Of a stretch of 64,000 nucleotides of DNA, positions 54,327 to 63,517 are shown in pieces. The stretch covers positions 57,830-121,829 of the forward strand of contig NZCN01000012.1 in assembly GCA_002688315.1 (NCBI GenBank). The letters run 5' to 3'. This DNA comes from Candidatus Woesearchaeota archaeon. GTDB lineage: Archaea; Nanobdellota; Nanobdellia; Woesearchaeales; UBA10216. The position numbers were made by a program, and so were the translations under genes. Numbering within the stretch: position 1 is the first letter of the stretch; each line of letters begins with the position of its first letter. Below the pieces are notes generated by a model. The model ran no database searches, had not been told where the DNA came from, and saw nothing but the letters and a program-made list of their open reading frames with translations.

Positions 54327-54824
54327 ATGGATGTAATAGAGACAATAAGAAGCATAGAAATCAGTGATGATTTTAGTCGATGGAAAAACGTTAATGAAGA
54401 TGCTTACTTAACCAGCGCGTTTTCAATGTATTCTGAAGGGCAAAAAAGAGAATGGCTGGTGAGCTATTATAACAGCAAAACAGGAAAAATGACTTCATTC
54501 TCTGCTGATAATAAACAAGCACAGGAAGAAGCATTCAAAAAAGAAGAAACAATACCAAAACTTAAAACATTTGAAATTCAAATAAAAGATGACAAAGCCA
54601 TAGAACTTGCGAATAAAATATTACAAGACGACTACAATGGAGAAACACTGCAGCGAACTGTGTTAGTGCTGCAAAAAATAAACACAGAACCTATTTGGAA
54701 CATAACCATGATAACAATAATGTTAAAAGTAATAAATCTAAAACTGTCTGCAATAACAGGAAAAGAAATATCCCGCAAAGCATCAAACATTAATGACTTT
54801 GTAAAACATCGTTTAGATTCTTAA
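54327..54824 (+). CDS. hypothetical protein (165 aa)
   Basis: ORF only. Confidence 0.4.
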   Translation: MDVIETIRSIEISDDFSRWKNVNEDAYLTSAFSMYSEGQKREWLVSYYNSKTGKMTSFSADNKQAQEEAFKKEETIPKLKTFEIQIKDDKAIELANKILQDDYNGETLQRTVLVLQKINTEPIWNITMITIMLKVINLKLSAITGKEISRKASNINDFVKHRLDS

Positions 54825-55546
54825 GAAGTATCTTCAAAAAACTTTTCCACGATTTCAACTGATTCCTGCTTTGTTTCTTCAGGAGTTTTTGGCTCATCAG
54901 TGTCAATGTACTGGACTGTTGAGCCGTGCTGCTCGAACAATCTGCGAAGCCACTCTGAAGAATAGCGCTCCTCAAGCTTACGCTGGAAAGCAACATTATC
55001 AAAAATAGAGTTATCTTTTTTTGTTCTTAAACCCAAGCGCTTAACAACTGTTTCAGGGCTGACTTTAGCAATTAACAGCAACGAAGGAGCATTGTTAATC
55101 GCAAGCCTGTTTCCAGGAAGCTTAAGCAACTCACTAAGTTGAATACGCTCCTGAACCGGCTGATAAACTAAAGAACTTGTTAATCCCCGCTCCTGAAAAA
55201 TTAGTTTGCCGGCTTTAACTGCCGGAATTATAACACGCTGGTACAAAATTTCGCGGTCCAAAGAAAATGCCTGGGCTAAAGACCACGCTGAATATCGCCT
55301 CTCGCTTGTTCTTACAAGCTCTTCTCTAATTGCTTTTCCAACATAGCAAAACGTGGGTTCACAGGAAACTATTACACTTGCAGCGTTAATTTCATCAGCT
55401 GACGGGAAATTATTTTTATCACGGCAGTACTTTCTTAAATCCAAAGTATTCATTGCTTTGAGTTCAGCCCATTCTGACAAGCCATCCACTATTGTTCCTT
55501 TGCCAGAGCCATCCAGGCCATCAACCATTACAAATTTGCCTTTCAT
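54821..55546 (-). CDS. tmk: thymidylate kinase-like P-loop kinase
   Basis: FVMVDGLDGSGKGT P-loop and a DR motif (SLDRE); 4-nt overlaps with both neighbouring genes. Confidence 0.75.
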   Translation of the reverse strand: MKGKFVMVDGLDGSGKGTIVDGLSEWAELKAMNTLDLRKYCRDKNNFPSADEINAASVIVSCEPTFCYVGKAIREELVRTSERRYSAWSLAQAFSLDREILYQRVIIPAVKAGKLIFQERGLTSSLVYQPVQERIQLSELLKLPGNRLAINNAPSLLLIAKVSPETVVKRLGLRTKKDNSIFDNVAFQRKLEERYSSEWLRRLFEQHGSTVQYIDTDEPKTPEETKQESVEIVEKFFEDTS

Positions 55547-57195
55547 AAATCAATCTCCTTCCCGCCAAGCTTGGCAAGTTTTTCCTGAGTTTTAAGCTCT
55601 CCTTTAAGCCTGCCTAAAGAATCTCTCTCATCAAGGTAAACATAACGCATGTATTGCGCGAAAACAGGATGCACATTCTTAATCTGCCTGAACATTTCCT
55701 GCGCAACATACCTGTAAGAAGGGTGGCCTTGAGGAACACTTCTTAACTCTATTAGATGGAAAGCTTCACGCAAATTAAAAACAAAAAGATAACGAATTTT
55801 GTAAGCGAAAGGAACAACATACTGCGCTTCATGCGGATATTTAGCATGCAATTTATGATATAATTCTTCTGCTGCTTTCATGCATTCATGAAACTTATCC
55901 TCAAAACCGACTTCAGCCAGCTCAGGCGGAATATCATAGCCATGCGCTACTGTCAAAGCCTGTGGTATTTGAGTAAGCATACGATGACGCTGCAAATCAC
56001 GGTATGCTCCATAATCTGATAACATATCAAAAGTATAGTAAGCTGCTTCTGCTGCCCTCATAGGTTTTTCGCGACGATTTGTTCTTTTTCCAATGTACTC
56101 TTCAAGAACTTTAAGACGCTCTTCTGTTGCCATTGCATTTACTTTTTCTCTTATTTGAGCCATTGGAAGATTTGAAAACTCGTATAAGGCAGAACTAACT
56201 ATCTTAACTTCTGCATCTTTATCATAATCAATCAAAGCTACTGTTTCACCAGTTTCTGAAGTTTCATTTTCAAACATTTTGTTTGTTAGCTGCTGCATTC
56301 CTTTTCTGGTTTCAATAACAAAATCAGAAGGTTTTGCCCGCTTAACAAGAGAAGGAATGACCTTAGAGAGTTCTTCTTTCATCATTCTTCCAATTGAACG
56401 AACTTCTTCCAATTCATCTGACATTAACTTACTAATAAGATATTCAAAAGCCCGTCCATTAGCAGTTATGCCCATGTTAGTTAAGGTAGAAGCAGGCATG
56501 TAATAACGAAGAATATCCAATGCCTTGGCTTTAACAGAAGACTCGTAAGCTTTTTCAGCACGCTTAAGCTCAGCCTCATCGCTTATTTCAGAATATTTCT
56601 TTCCCTGGAATAAGTCAGCGTCTTCAATAGGCCATTGTTTTTTTACATAAGCTATCATTGGCTCAATTTGTTCAGCATAAGTATTAAGAAGCAATTCATT
56701 CACTCTTACGTATTCATCAGCAAATTCTGACCGCATAATCTTTGGTTCGCGAAGAAATTTTGTCTTGTCATAAATAACATACCTTGTTGATTTTTCCAAC
56801 GGAGAGGTTAAACGAGCGCTTTCAAGGCGCTTCGTGGCTATATTAGAAATGTCTTCGCAGGCAATGTGCGCCATTCCAAGCTCACCAATAGAATCATCGC
56901 CGTACCCAACAAGAATTCTCTGAAAAAAATTTCGAGCTTTTTCCAAAGCAGCTGTAAATCCTTTTCCTTCGCCGCTTCCAACAGTATCTAATATTTCCTG
57001 GAATCCTGCATTAGGGTCTTTAACAAGCCTTAGAAAATTTTTACGCACACTGCTAATTGAACGGCTGTATTTGGAAAACAAAACAGCAACAACTTCTTCA
57101 GGAACCCTGTTAGTAAATGCATAAACAGGCTTGTCAAGATTAGTAAAATAAGGCGCAAGAATTTTTTTCTCTTCTTCTGTGAATGAATCAGTCAT
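55543..57195 (-). CDS. thyX: FAD-dependent thymidylate synthase ThyX, long form (550 aa)
   Basis: QRHRMLTQ ThyX signature (RHRxxS/T-like) in the C-terminal half; N-terminal half is ThyX-like (LFSKYSRS). Confidence 0.75.
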   Translation of the reverse strand: MTDSFTEEEKKILAPYFTNLDKPVYAFTNRVPEEVVAVLFSKYSRSISSVRKNFLRLVKDPNAGFQEILDTVGSGEGKGFTAALEKARNFFQRILVGYGDDSIGELGMAHIACEDISNIATKRLESARLTSPLEKSTRYVIYDKTKFLREPKIMRSEFADEYVRVNELLLNTYAEQIEPMIAYVKKQWPIEDADLFQGKKYSEISDEAELKRAEKAYESSVKAKALDILRYYMPASTLTNMGITANGRAFEYLISKLMSDELEEVRSIGRMMKEELSKVIPSLVKRAKPSDFVIETRKGMQQLTNKMFENETSETGETVALIDYDKDAEVKIVSSALYEFSNLPMAQIREKVNAMATEERLKVLEEYIGKRTNRREKPMRAAEAAYYTFDMLSDYGAYRDLQRHRMLTQIPQALTVAHGYDIPPELAEVGFEDKFHECMKAAEELYHKLHAKYPHEAQYVVPFAYKIRYLFVFNLREAFHLIELRSVPQGHPSYRYVAQEMFRQIKNVHPVFAQYMRYVYLDERDSLGRLKGELKTQEKLAKLGGKEIDL

Positions 57196-57234
57196 ACTAT
57201 CAACATGGATGAATGGAGTTATTATATATTTTTC

Positions 57235-57984
57235 TTATTCAAGTAACAACAAAGTCATCATCAGTAAAATTCCTAGAATGAATGCAGCAAGCTGCAATAC
57301 AGATTTTTTAACTGCAACTTCTTTATGCAGCTCAGGAATAAGGTCAGAGCCTGCAACATAAATAAAGCCGCCAGCAGCAAAAGGTATCAAAACAGTAGTT
57401 ATATTGGCAGTATATGAGCTGATTACTAAAGCAATTATCGCACCAACAATAGCCATTAAAGCAGTTATAAAATTGAAAAACAATGCCCTGGCTTTTGTAA
57501 AGCCTCCATGCAATAAAACGCCAAAATCGCCTATTTCCTGCGGGATTTCGTGCAAAACAACTGCAAGAGTAGTTGCTATCCCAACAGGAATACTCACAAG
57601 ATAGCTAACAGCTATAATCAAGCCGTCTATAAAATTGTGAAATGCGTCTCCAAAAAGATTTGTGATTGCAAAAGGGTGCAAATGCGTTTTCGAATTAAGA
57701 TCGTGATGGTGATGCCAGTCAATTATTTTCTCAAGTATGAAAAACACGATTATTCCCAATAAAACATATAAAGATATGTTTATCCCAAACCCTTTGTCTT
57801 CAACAATTTCAGGAAGCAAATGAATGAACACGTCTCCTAACAGCGCACCTGCAGAAAAGCTGACTAAGTAAAGCAGGATTTTCTTCATATTCTCTGTTTT
57901 TATTGAGATAGCTAATATGCCTACAAAAGAAATCAAACTAACCAAGACTACACTAGACAACGTATAAATCCAAACATTTGGCAT
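57235..57984 (-). CDS. ZIP-family divalent metal transporter
   Basis: Eight TM helices; HEIPQEIGDF and His-rich loop (WHHHHD) motifs. Confidence 0.85.
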   Translation of the reverse strand: MPNVWIYTLSSVVLVSLISFVGILAISIKTENMKKILLYLVSFSAGALLGDVFIHLLPEIVEDKGFGINISLYVLLGIIVFFILEKIIDWHHHHDLNSKTHLHPFAITNLFGDAFHNFIDGLIIAVSYLVSIPVGIATTLAVVLHEIPQEIGDFGVLLHGGFTKARALFFNFITALMAIVGAIIALVISSYTANITTVLIPFAAGGFIYVAGSDLIPELHKEVAVKKSVLQLAAFILGILLMMTLLLLE

Positions 57985-58077
57985 ATGAAGGATATAAAAG
58001 AACTTATATTAATATTTATCTAAAAAATTAATAATTTTTATGGTAACATTTATAAGTAAGTTAATAATAATGTTTGT

Positions 58078-58461
58078 ATGGCGATAATAAGCATATCTTT
58101 AAACGACAAGATTTTGAAGGATATTGACGCTCTAAAAAGTGAGCAGGGTTTTGCAGGAAGAAGCGAGGTTATACGCGCAGCTGTCCGCTCCCTTATCTCC
58201 CAAATCAGAGATAAATCAAAACTTGTAGGCAAAATTGATGGGGTGTTGCTTGTGATGCATGATGACATTCACAGCGAAGAAGCTACCAAAATAAGACACA
58301 AATACGAGAGAATAATTAAAACACACATACACAACCAATTGGAAAATCACAAATGTCTTGAGATTTTTGTTGTAAGCGGAGATGCAGAGAAAGTAAGAGC
58401 GTTAGCAGACACCTTTGAGACCAGCAAGAAGATTGGATTTACAAAGCTTATAGTTTCATGA
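58078..58461 (+). CDS. nikR: NikR-family (RHH plus ACT-like) metal-responsive regulator
   Basis: ISISLNDKILKDID...RSEVIRAAVRSL RHH; C-terminal His/Cys ligand region; divergent from the ZIP transporter. Confidence 0.7.
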   Translation: MAIISISLNDKILKDIDALKSEQGFAGRSEVIRAAVRSLISQIRDKSKLVGKIDGVLLVMHDDIHSEEATKIRHKYERIIKTHIHNQLENHKCLEIFVVSGDAEKVRALADTFETSKKIGFTKLIVS

Positions 58462-58506
58462 TTAGCCAAACGTAAAGTATATAAAATAGTCTGAAGCAGC
58501 AACTTT

Positions 58507-59058
58507 ATGATAATTGGCCTTACAGGAACAAATGCTTCAGGCAAAGGAACAGTAGCAAAATATTTAGTGGAAAAAGGGTATGAATACCATTCTCTGTCTG
58601 ATGAGTTAAGACTTCTTCTGGAAAAAAGAAAAATTCCTGCTACAAGAGAGAATTTGATTAAAGAAGGAAAATATTATCGCGATGAACATGGAAGAGGGTA
58701 TTTAGCATCTATTGTTGTTAAAAAAATCAAAGGGAAAAACGTGGTGATTGACAGCATTCGAAATTTAGGCGAAGTAAATGAATTAAGAAAGCTTGAAAAT
58801 TTCCATTTGTTAGCAATAGATGCTCCTGTTGAAACCAGATTTGAAAGAGCAAAAAAAAGAATGAGCAGCAGAGACCAAAAAACATTTGAAGAATTTGTTG
58901 CAAAACAGAAAGAAGAGTTAAGAGGAAAAGGAAGCGAGCAGCAACTTATTGCATGCATGGAAAAAGCAGACTTTAAGATAGAGAATGATTCTGATTTGAA
59001 AAACCTTTATAAAAAAATCGAATCTACTCTTGAAAAGATAGAGAATGATTCTGAGTGA
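58507..59058 (+). CDS. P-loop nucleotide/nucleoside kinase (dephospho-CoA-kinase-like fold)
   Basis: IIGLTGTNASGKGT P-loop; 14-nt overlap with dcd. Confidence 0.55.
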   Translation: MIIGLTGTNASGKGTVAKYLVEKGYEYHSLSDELRLLLEKRKIPATRENLIKEGKYYRDEHGRGYLASIVVKKIKGKNVVIDSIRNLGEVNELRKLENFHLLAIDAPVETRFERAKKRMSSRDQKTFEEFVAKQKEELRGKGSEQQLIACMEKADFKIENDSDLKNLYKKIESTLEKIENDSE

Positions 59059-59608
59059 TAAAAGCATAAAAGAAGAAATAGAGAAAGGCAACATAGTTAT
59101 TGAGCCTTACAATGTTGAATGCGTTCAGCCTTCCAGCATTGACGTGCATCTAAGCGGCAAGTTTCTTGTATTCAACAAAGCGCAGCATGCTGTTATTGAT
59201 GTTAAAGAACAGCAAGATAACTTAATGCAAAGCGTTGAGGTAAAAGATGACTCTTTCATATTGCACCCTGGAGAGTTTGTTCTGGGAAGCACAATGGAAA
59301 ATGTAAAAATGCCAAATCACATTGCAGGACGAATTGAAGGAAAAAGCTCACTTGGAAGGCTTGGCTTGCTAATCCACAGCACTGCTGGGTATATAGACCC
59401 AGGATTTAAGGGAAATCTTACATTGGAGTTAAGCAATGTTTCTCCATTACCGATAAAACTATTTCCAAACATGAAAATAGGACAGATATCATTTATGCAC
59501 ATGAGTTCTGAAGTTGAAAACCCATACGGAAGCGAAAAGCTAAAAAGCAAATACCAAGGAAACGAAGGCCCAAAGCAAAGCAAATTCTACGAAAATTTTG
59601 AGAAGTAA
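59045..59608 (+). CDS. dcd: dCTP deaminase
   Basis: IQPSSIDVHL, GRIEGKSSLGRLGL and HSTAGYIDPGF motifs. Confidence 0.9.
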   Translation: MILSDKSIKEEIEKGNIVIEPYNVECVQPSSIDVHLSGKFLVFNKAQHAVIDVKEQQDNLMQSVEVKDDSFILHPGEFVLGSTMENVKMPNHIAGRIEGKSSLGRLGLLIHSTAGYIDPGFKGNLTLELSNVSPLPIKLFPNMKIGQISFMHMSSEVENPYGSEKLKSKYQGNEGPKQSKFYENFEK

Positions 59609-59779
59609 TTACTTCCCAGATTTTTTCCAGTTGTAAGAACGGAGTTTCTTTGATTTGCCGTAGCCGCAGCTACTGCAGGTTTTATGAGAGAAATGATAAG
59701 AACGCTTACCGCAGCGTCTGCAATATATCATATTCTTCTTTCCAGACTTCTTTCCCATTGAAGGGGTTCCTTTTGTCAT
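59609..59779 (-). CDS. rpl37e: 50S ribosomal protein L37e (56 aa)
   Basis: Below the ORF-track threshold. Translation is [56 protein letters not shown], with the C4 zinc motif; sits upstream of LSm as in most archaea. Confidence 0.85.
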   Translation of the reverse strand: MTKGTPSMGKKSGKKNMIYCRRCGKRSYHFSHKTCSSCGYGKSKKLRSYNWKKSGK

Positions 59780-59837
59780 TTTAAATCAAGTTTCCAATAT
59801 AATAGCAGTTATAGCGGTAATAGGTTATTTAAAAATT

Positions 59838-60062
59838 TTACTCAGGGCTTATGAGAATTATTGCGTCTCCTCTTAGGAAAACAGTTCCCAGCTTCCTCGC
59901 AACCTCTCCATCATTGCGCTCTTCAGCATTCTCCAGAACAACGTTTACGTGAATATCAAACGCTTTTAGAACTCCAACATACTGCTTGCCGTTCTTAAGC
60001 TCGACAATAACGCGCTTATTCCTAGCTGCGTTCAATGCATCCAATGGACGTGCTGCTTCCAA
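59838..60062 (-). CDS. Sm-like archaeal protein (LSm/SmAP)
   Basis: Sm1/Sm2 motifs (VIVELKNGKQYVGVLKAFDIHVNVVL; VFLRGDAIILI); AGGTGAT Shine-Dalgarno 6 nt before the TTG start. Confidence 0.85.
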   Translation of the reverse strand: MEAARPLDALNAARNKRVIVELKNGKQYVGVLKAFDIHVNVVLENAEERNDGEVARKLGTVFLRGDAIILISPE

Positions 60063-60163
60063 AATAAATCACCTAAACGCATTTAAGGACGAAAACCCCA
60101 TATATAAAGTTATTGTAATCCCATTCCAAAACACTTATAAATAAGCCTTTTCCTCTCAACAGC

Positions 60164-60538
60164 ATGATAGTACAATCAAAAGGCAGAAAAAAAGTTTCTG
60201 CAGGAATGAAACAGTTTCACAGGAAAAAAAAACTGTATGATAAAGGCAGCAGGCCGACTCTTACAAAAACAGGAGAGAAGAAAACAAGGGTTGACAGAAT
60301 AAGAAGCGGCGAGAGAAAGTCCAGAATACTAACAACAAACACTGTAAACGTATACATTCCTAATGAGAAAAAATTCAAGAAAGCTGCAATAAAAAACGTT
60401 GCTGAAAACCAATCTAACAGGCATTATGCACGCGCAAACATTATGACAAAAGGAGCTATAATAGAAACCGAGCTTGGAAAAGCAAAAATCACTTCCAGAC
60501 CAGGCCAGGAAAACACCATAAACGCAACACTAATTTAA
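60164..60538 (+). CDS. rps8e: 30S ribosomal protein S8e
   Basis: Basic N-terminus and C-terminal GKAKITSRPGQ...INA motif. Confidence 0.9.
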   Translation: MIVQSKGRKKVSAGMKQFHRKKKLYDKGSRPTLTKTGEKKTRVDRIRSGERKSRILTTNTVNVYIPNEKKFKKAAIKNVAENQSNRHYARANIMTKGAIIETELGKAKITSRPGQENTINATLI

Positions 60539-61645
60539 TTTAATTAATTGTTTCTTCATTGATTCTGCTGCAAGTTCTTGCCCTTTACTGTTCCAATGCC
60601 CATCTCTAACAAAATAAAAAGAAGTGTCAAATTCTTGGCTTAAATCTAAATAAGAAATATTATTTTTTTCGCTGATTTCGACCAAAACATCAGTTAGCAA
60701 AGTTGATGATTTATTCAGATCTTCTTTCGAAGGCATAATCATCAAAACAAAAACCACGTTTTTTGAATCCGCAAGGCTTTTCATGCGTTTTATTATTTCC
60801 TCCATCAACTTTATTTTGTAAAGAGCACAATAACCATCTGGATTTACAAGCATGTCAATTTCTGGTCTGTCGTTAAAAAGATTATTTACTTGGTTATTCT
60901 TCTTTACAATAAAGTCTTCGCAGTCATTTATCTGAGACAAAAGTGTTGAGTTGCCAGAGTCGACTTTGCTTGGGCCAATAAACTGACGGAAATTATTAAA
61001 AGCGCGAAAATACAATCTCAATGATGGGAAAAAAGAAGCAAGCTTTTTTTTCTTTTTTAATTCAGGATTTAAGAAATAATCGTTTTCAATAAGCTGGTTT
61101 TCTGAGTCCAAACGAAATATTTTATTTCTGATGTTATCACCAAAATCATTGGCAGGAAATACAGACACAATAACCAGATCAGGATTAAAAATATCCAGCT
61201 CGTCTTCTAATTTTAAGCTTATTTGGTCTATACCATAAGCAATAACACCTCCGTTAATAACTTCAACAGGTTCTTCTGATTCAAGATTAAGCTTTTTTTC
61301 CAACTGTTTAGAGAAAGTATTTTCGAGCTGAGAAAATTCTGCCTCTATAAACGAGTCGCCATAAACAATAATTCTTTTTTGTTCTTTTAGCTGTTTAAAT
61401 TCCTCGTTTCTAAAGCCAAAACTGTTTATTTTAACAAGATTTCTTCCACTGCCGTCTTCTTCTGCCATAACATGAATTTTCTCAGAATTAGGCATTAACT
61501 TATGTAAATAACGGTCGTCATATTCTATTATTTCATTATATTGAGGAAGAAAAAATCTTGCGCTAACGTCAATCATCAAAAGGAAGAACAAAATAACGAA
61601 AAAAGTCAGCGCTAAACTTTTAATAAGGTTTTTGGAAACTAACAT
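60530..61645 (-). CDS. membrane-anchored SGNH/GDSL-type hydrolase (AlgX/AlgJ-like)
   Basis: N-terminal TM; IIVYGDSFIE (GDS block I); DGHWNSKG (DxxH block V). Confidence 0.65.
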   Translation of the reverse strand: MLVSKNLIKSLALTFFVILFFLLMIDVSARFFLPQYNEIIEYDDRYLHKLMPNSEKIHVMAEEDGSGRNLVKINSFGFRNEEFKQLKEQKRIIVYGDSFIEAEFSQLENTFSKQLEKKLNLESEEPVEVINGGVIAYGIDQISLKLEDELDIFNPDLVIVSVFPANDFGDNIRNKIFRLDSENQLIENDYFLNPELKKKKKLASFFPSLRLYFRAFNNFRQFIGPSKVDSGNSTLLSQINDCEDFIVKKNNQVNNLFNDRPEIDMLVNPDGYCALYKIKLMEEIIKRMKSLADSKNVVFVLMIMPSKEDLNKSSTLLTDVLVEISEKNNISYLDLSQEFDTSFYFVRDGHWNSKGQELAAESMKKQLIKLN

Positions 61646-61697
61646 AAGTTTATTGCCGTATAAGACATTTATAAATTTTGTTTTCTTTAACTCAAAA

Positions 61698-63421
61698 CTA
61701 TTTGCCAGTAAGCCAGTCAGAAAATGCGATTATGTTTCCAGTAACATCTTCAACTGTTTGTACAGCATCAAAACCTCCAGAATTATCATGCGTTGGTTCT
61801 GATTCAAAACCGCTATTGTCAAAGTTGTCTTCTTCTTTAACAAAGTTAGAGTCATCTTTTTGCTCTAAATCGCCAAAATCTCCTGGTGTTGTTGTACTTG
61901 GAAAGTCTTGTGGAGGAAAATCATTTAAATCGCTAGGGCCAGTTGGAAAGTCTTGTCTTATGCTTTCGTCTTGGAAATTGTCTCTATCAGGGAACTCCTC
62001 TCTGTTAAAATCCCCATCATCAAAGCTGCGGTCAAATTCCCTGTCAAAACCGCCATCATCCTCAAAGCCGCGGTCAAAGTCTTTGTTGAAATCTTTGTCA
62101 ACACCTCTATCAGTAATATCACTATAATCATAGCCACTAAAGTCACGGTCAAACTCTTCAGAACCATCAAAGCCAGGATTATAATTATCAAAATCATCAG
62201 GGCCTAAACCATAATTAGGGTCTTCTTCACATTGTTCTGGAGGTATGCCTTGATCTTTACATTTTTGTAAAGGATCTCTAAAATCCGGACCAGGGAAATC
62301 AGGACCAGCACCACCGCCGCCATGTCCTGAATCATCAAAACATTCTTCGCGAGGAACACCTTTGCAGTGCTCTGGAGCATATCTCTCCCACATTAATTCA
62401 TCACATTCATCTCTTGAAAGCCCCTCACACTCATTTGAACCAAAATCAGGTCCGCCAGGGCCAGGACCGCCTGGACCAGGACCACCGCGGTCCATCATCA
62501 AAGTTTCACATTCTTCTCTGCTCAAATCTTTGCATTCTGGAGGTGCAAACTTTTCAAACATAACCTGTTCACATTCTTCATTGCTTAAACCAGCACATTC
62601 AAGAGGCATGCCGCCAGGAACACCTCCATGCTCATGCATGAATTCAATACATTCTTCATCACTTAAGCCTTCACATTCAGGAGGAAAGCCGTATCTGTCC
62701 ATCATATGCCGAGCGCACTCTCTCGGACTGGTAACGCCTGCATCTATGCATTCAGGAGGCATATCATCTTCAACCAATTCAGGAGCTTTTTCTATATTGC
62801 ATTTTGGATCAGATTCAAGAAAAGCAAAATCTTGTTGTGCAAGCGCATTGCAATAGCTTAATCTGGATTTAGAAACTATCAACGCAATTCTTGTTTTTTC
62901 TTCCTCATCCAACTGAGTTTCTAAAGCAGCTTCAATATCTTCCCATCCTTCGCCCAGCAATAGTGCTGCTCTTCTTACTTTTTCATTTGTCTCTGTTTCC
63001 AAATCAGGCGCTATCTCTGCCTGAGCAGCTTTAGCTGCTGCTGTTGCCAATGACAGTGCTTCTTGAGCGCTACTTGACTTATTTTCGTCAACCATAACAG
63101 AAGCTTCTGCCAAGCGCTCTTCCTTAATCTCTAATGCTTTTTTGTCTTTTCCTCTCCTTGAGAAGTGCGAAGTTGAATGTTATCAACTATCTTATCAAAA
63201 ACATACAAAGGGCTATCAGGAGTAATGCCTGCCCTGTCTTCAACCAAGAATTCTTCCTCTCCTTCTATTATTTCCTTTTCAAAATCATCGAAGTCTTCAA
63301 AATCCTCCTGAGCAGAAGTAAGTATTGAATGAACAGCAAAGAAAGTAATTGCAATCGCTATCAAAGAAGCAGCCACCATTCCATAATTCTTAATCGACTC
63401 CGAGCTAGCGCTGTTTTCCAT
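61698..63421 (-). pseudogene. TM-anchored acidic protein with repeated Cys-pair motif, split by a frameshift at an A6 run (T6 on the plus strand, 63138-63143)
   Basis: The 96-aa ORF (TM helix; DSPLYVFDKIVDNIQL) stops at 63131-63133. The 471-aa ORF frame is open upstream of its TTG. One extra A reads ...GEEKTKKALEIKEERLAEASVMV... continuously. Confidence 0.6.
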
Positions 63422-63517
63422 ACTAGTATAGTATTTTGGTACTTCTAGTATTTAAACCTTCCGGTAGTTATAGTATGCAAAACTATTTAAAATTCCTTCA
63501 CAAATAGGCAACATAGG

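Noticed and set aside
55543-57195. The 550-aa ThyX as a novel double-length enzyme
   Set aside because: Long ThyX forms of about 530 aa with an internal pseudo-duplication are, to my recollection, already known in some bacteria. This is not novel on its own.
58024-58038. Palindrome AAAATTA-a-TAATTTT in the ZIP/NikR divergent promoter, as a candidate NikR operator
   Set aside because: Short A/T palindromes are expected by chance in DNA this AT-rich, and it bears no resemblance to known NikR sites.
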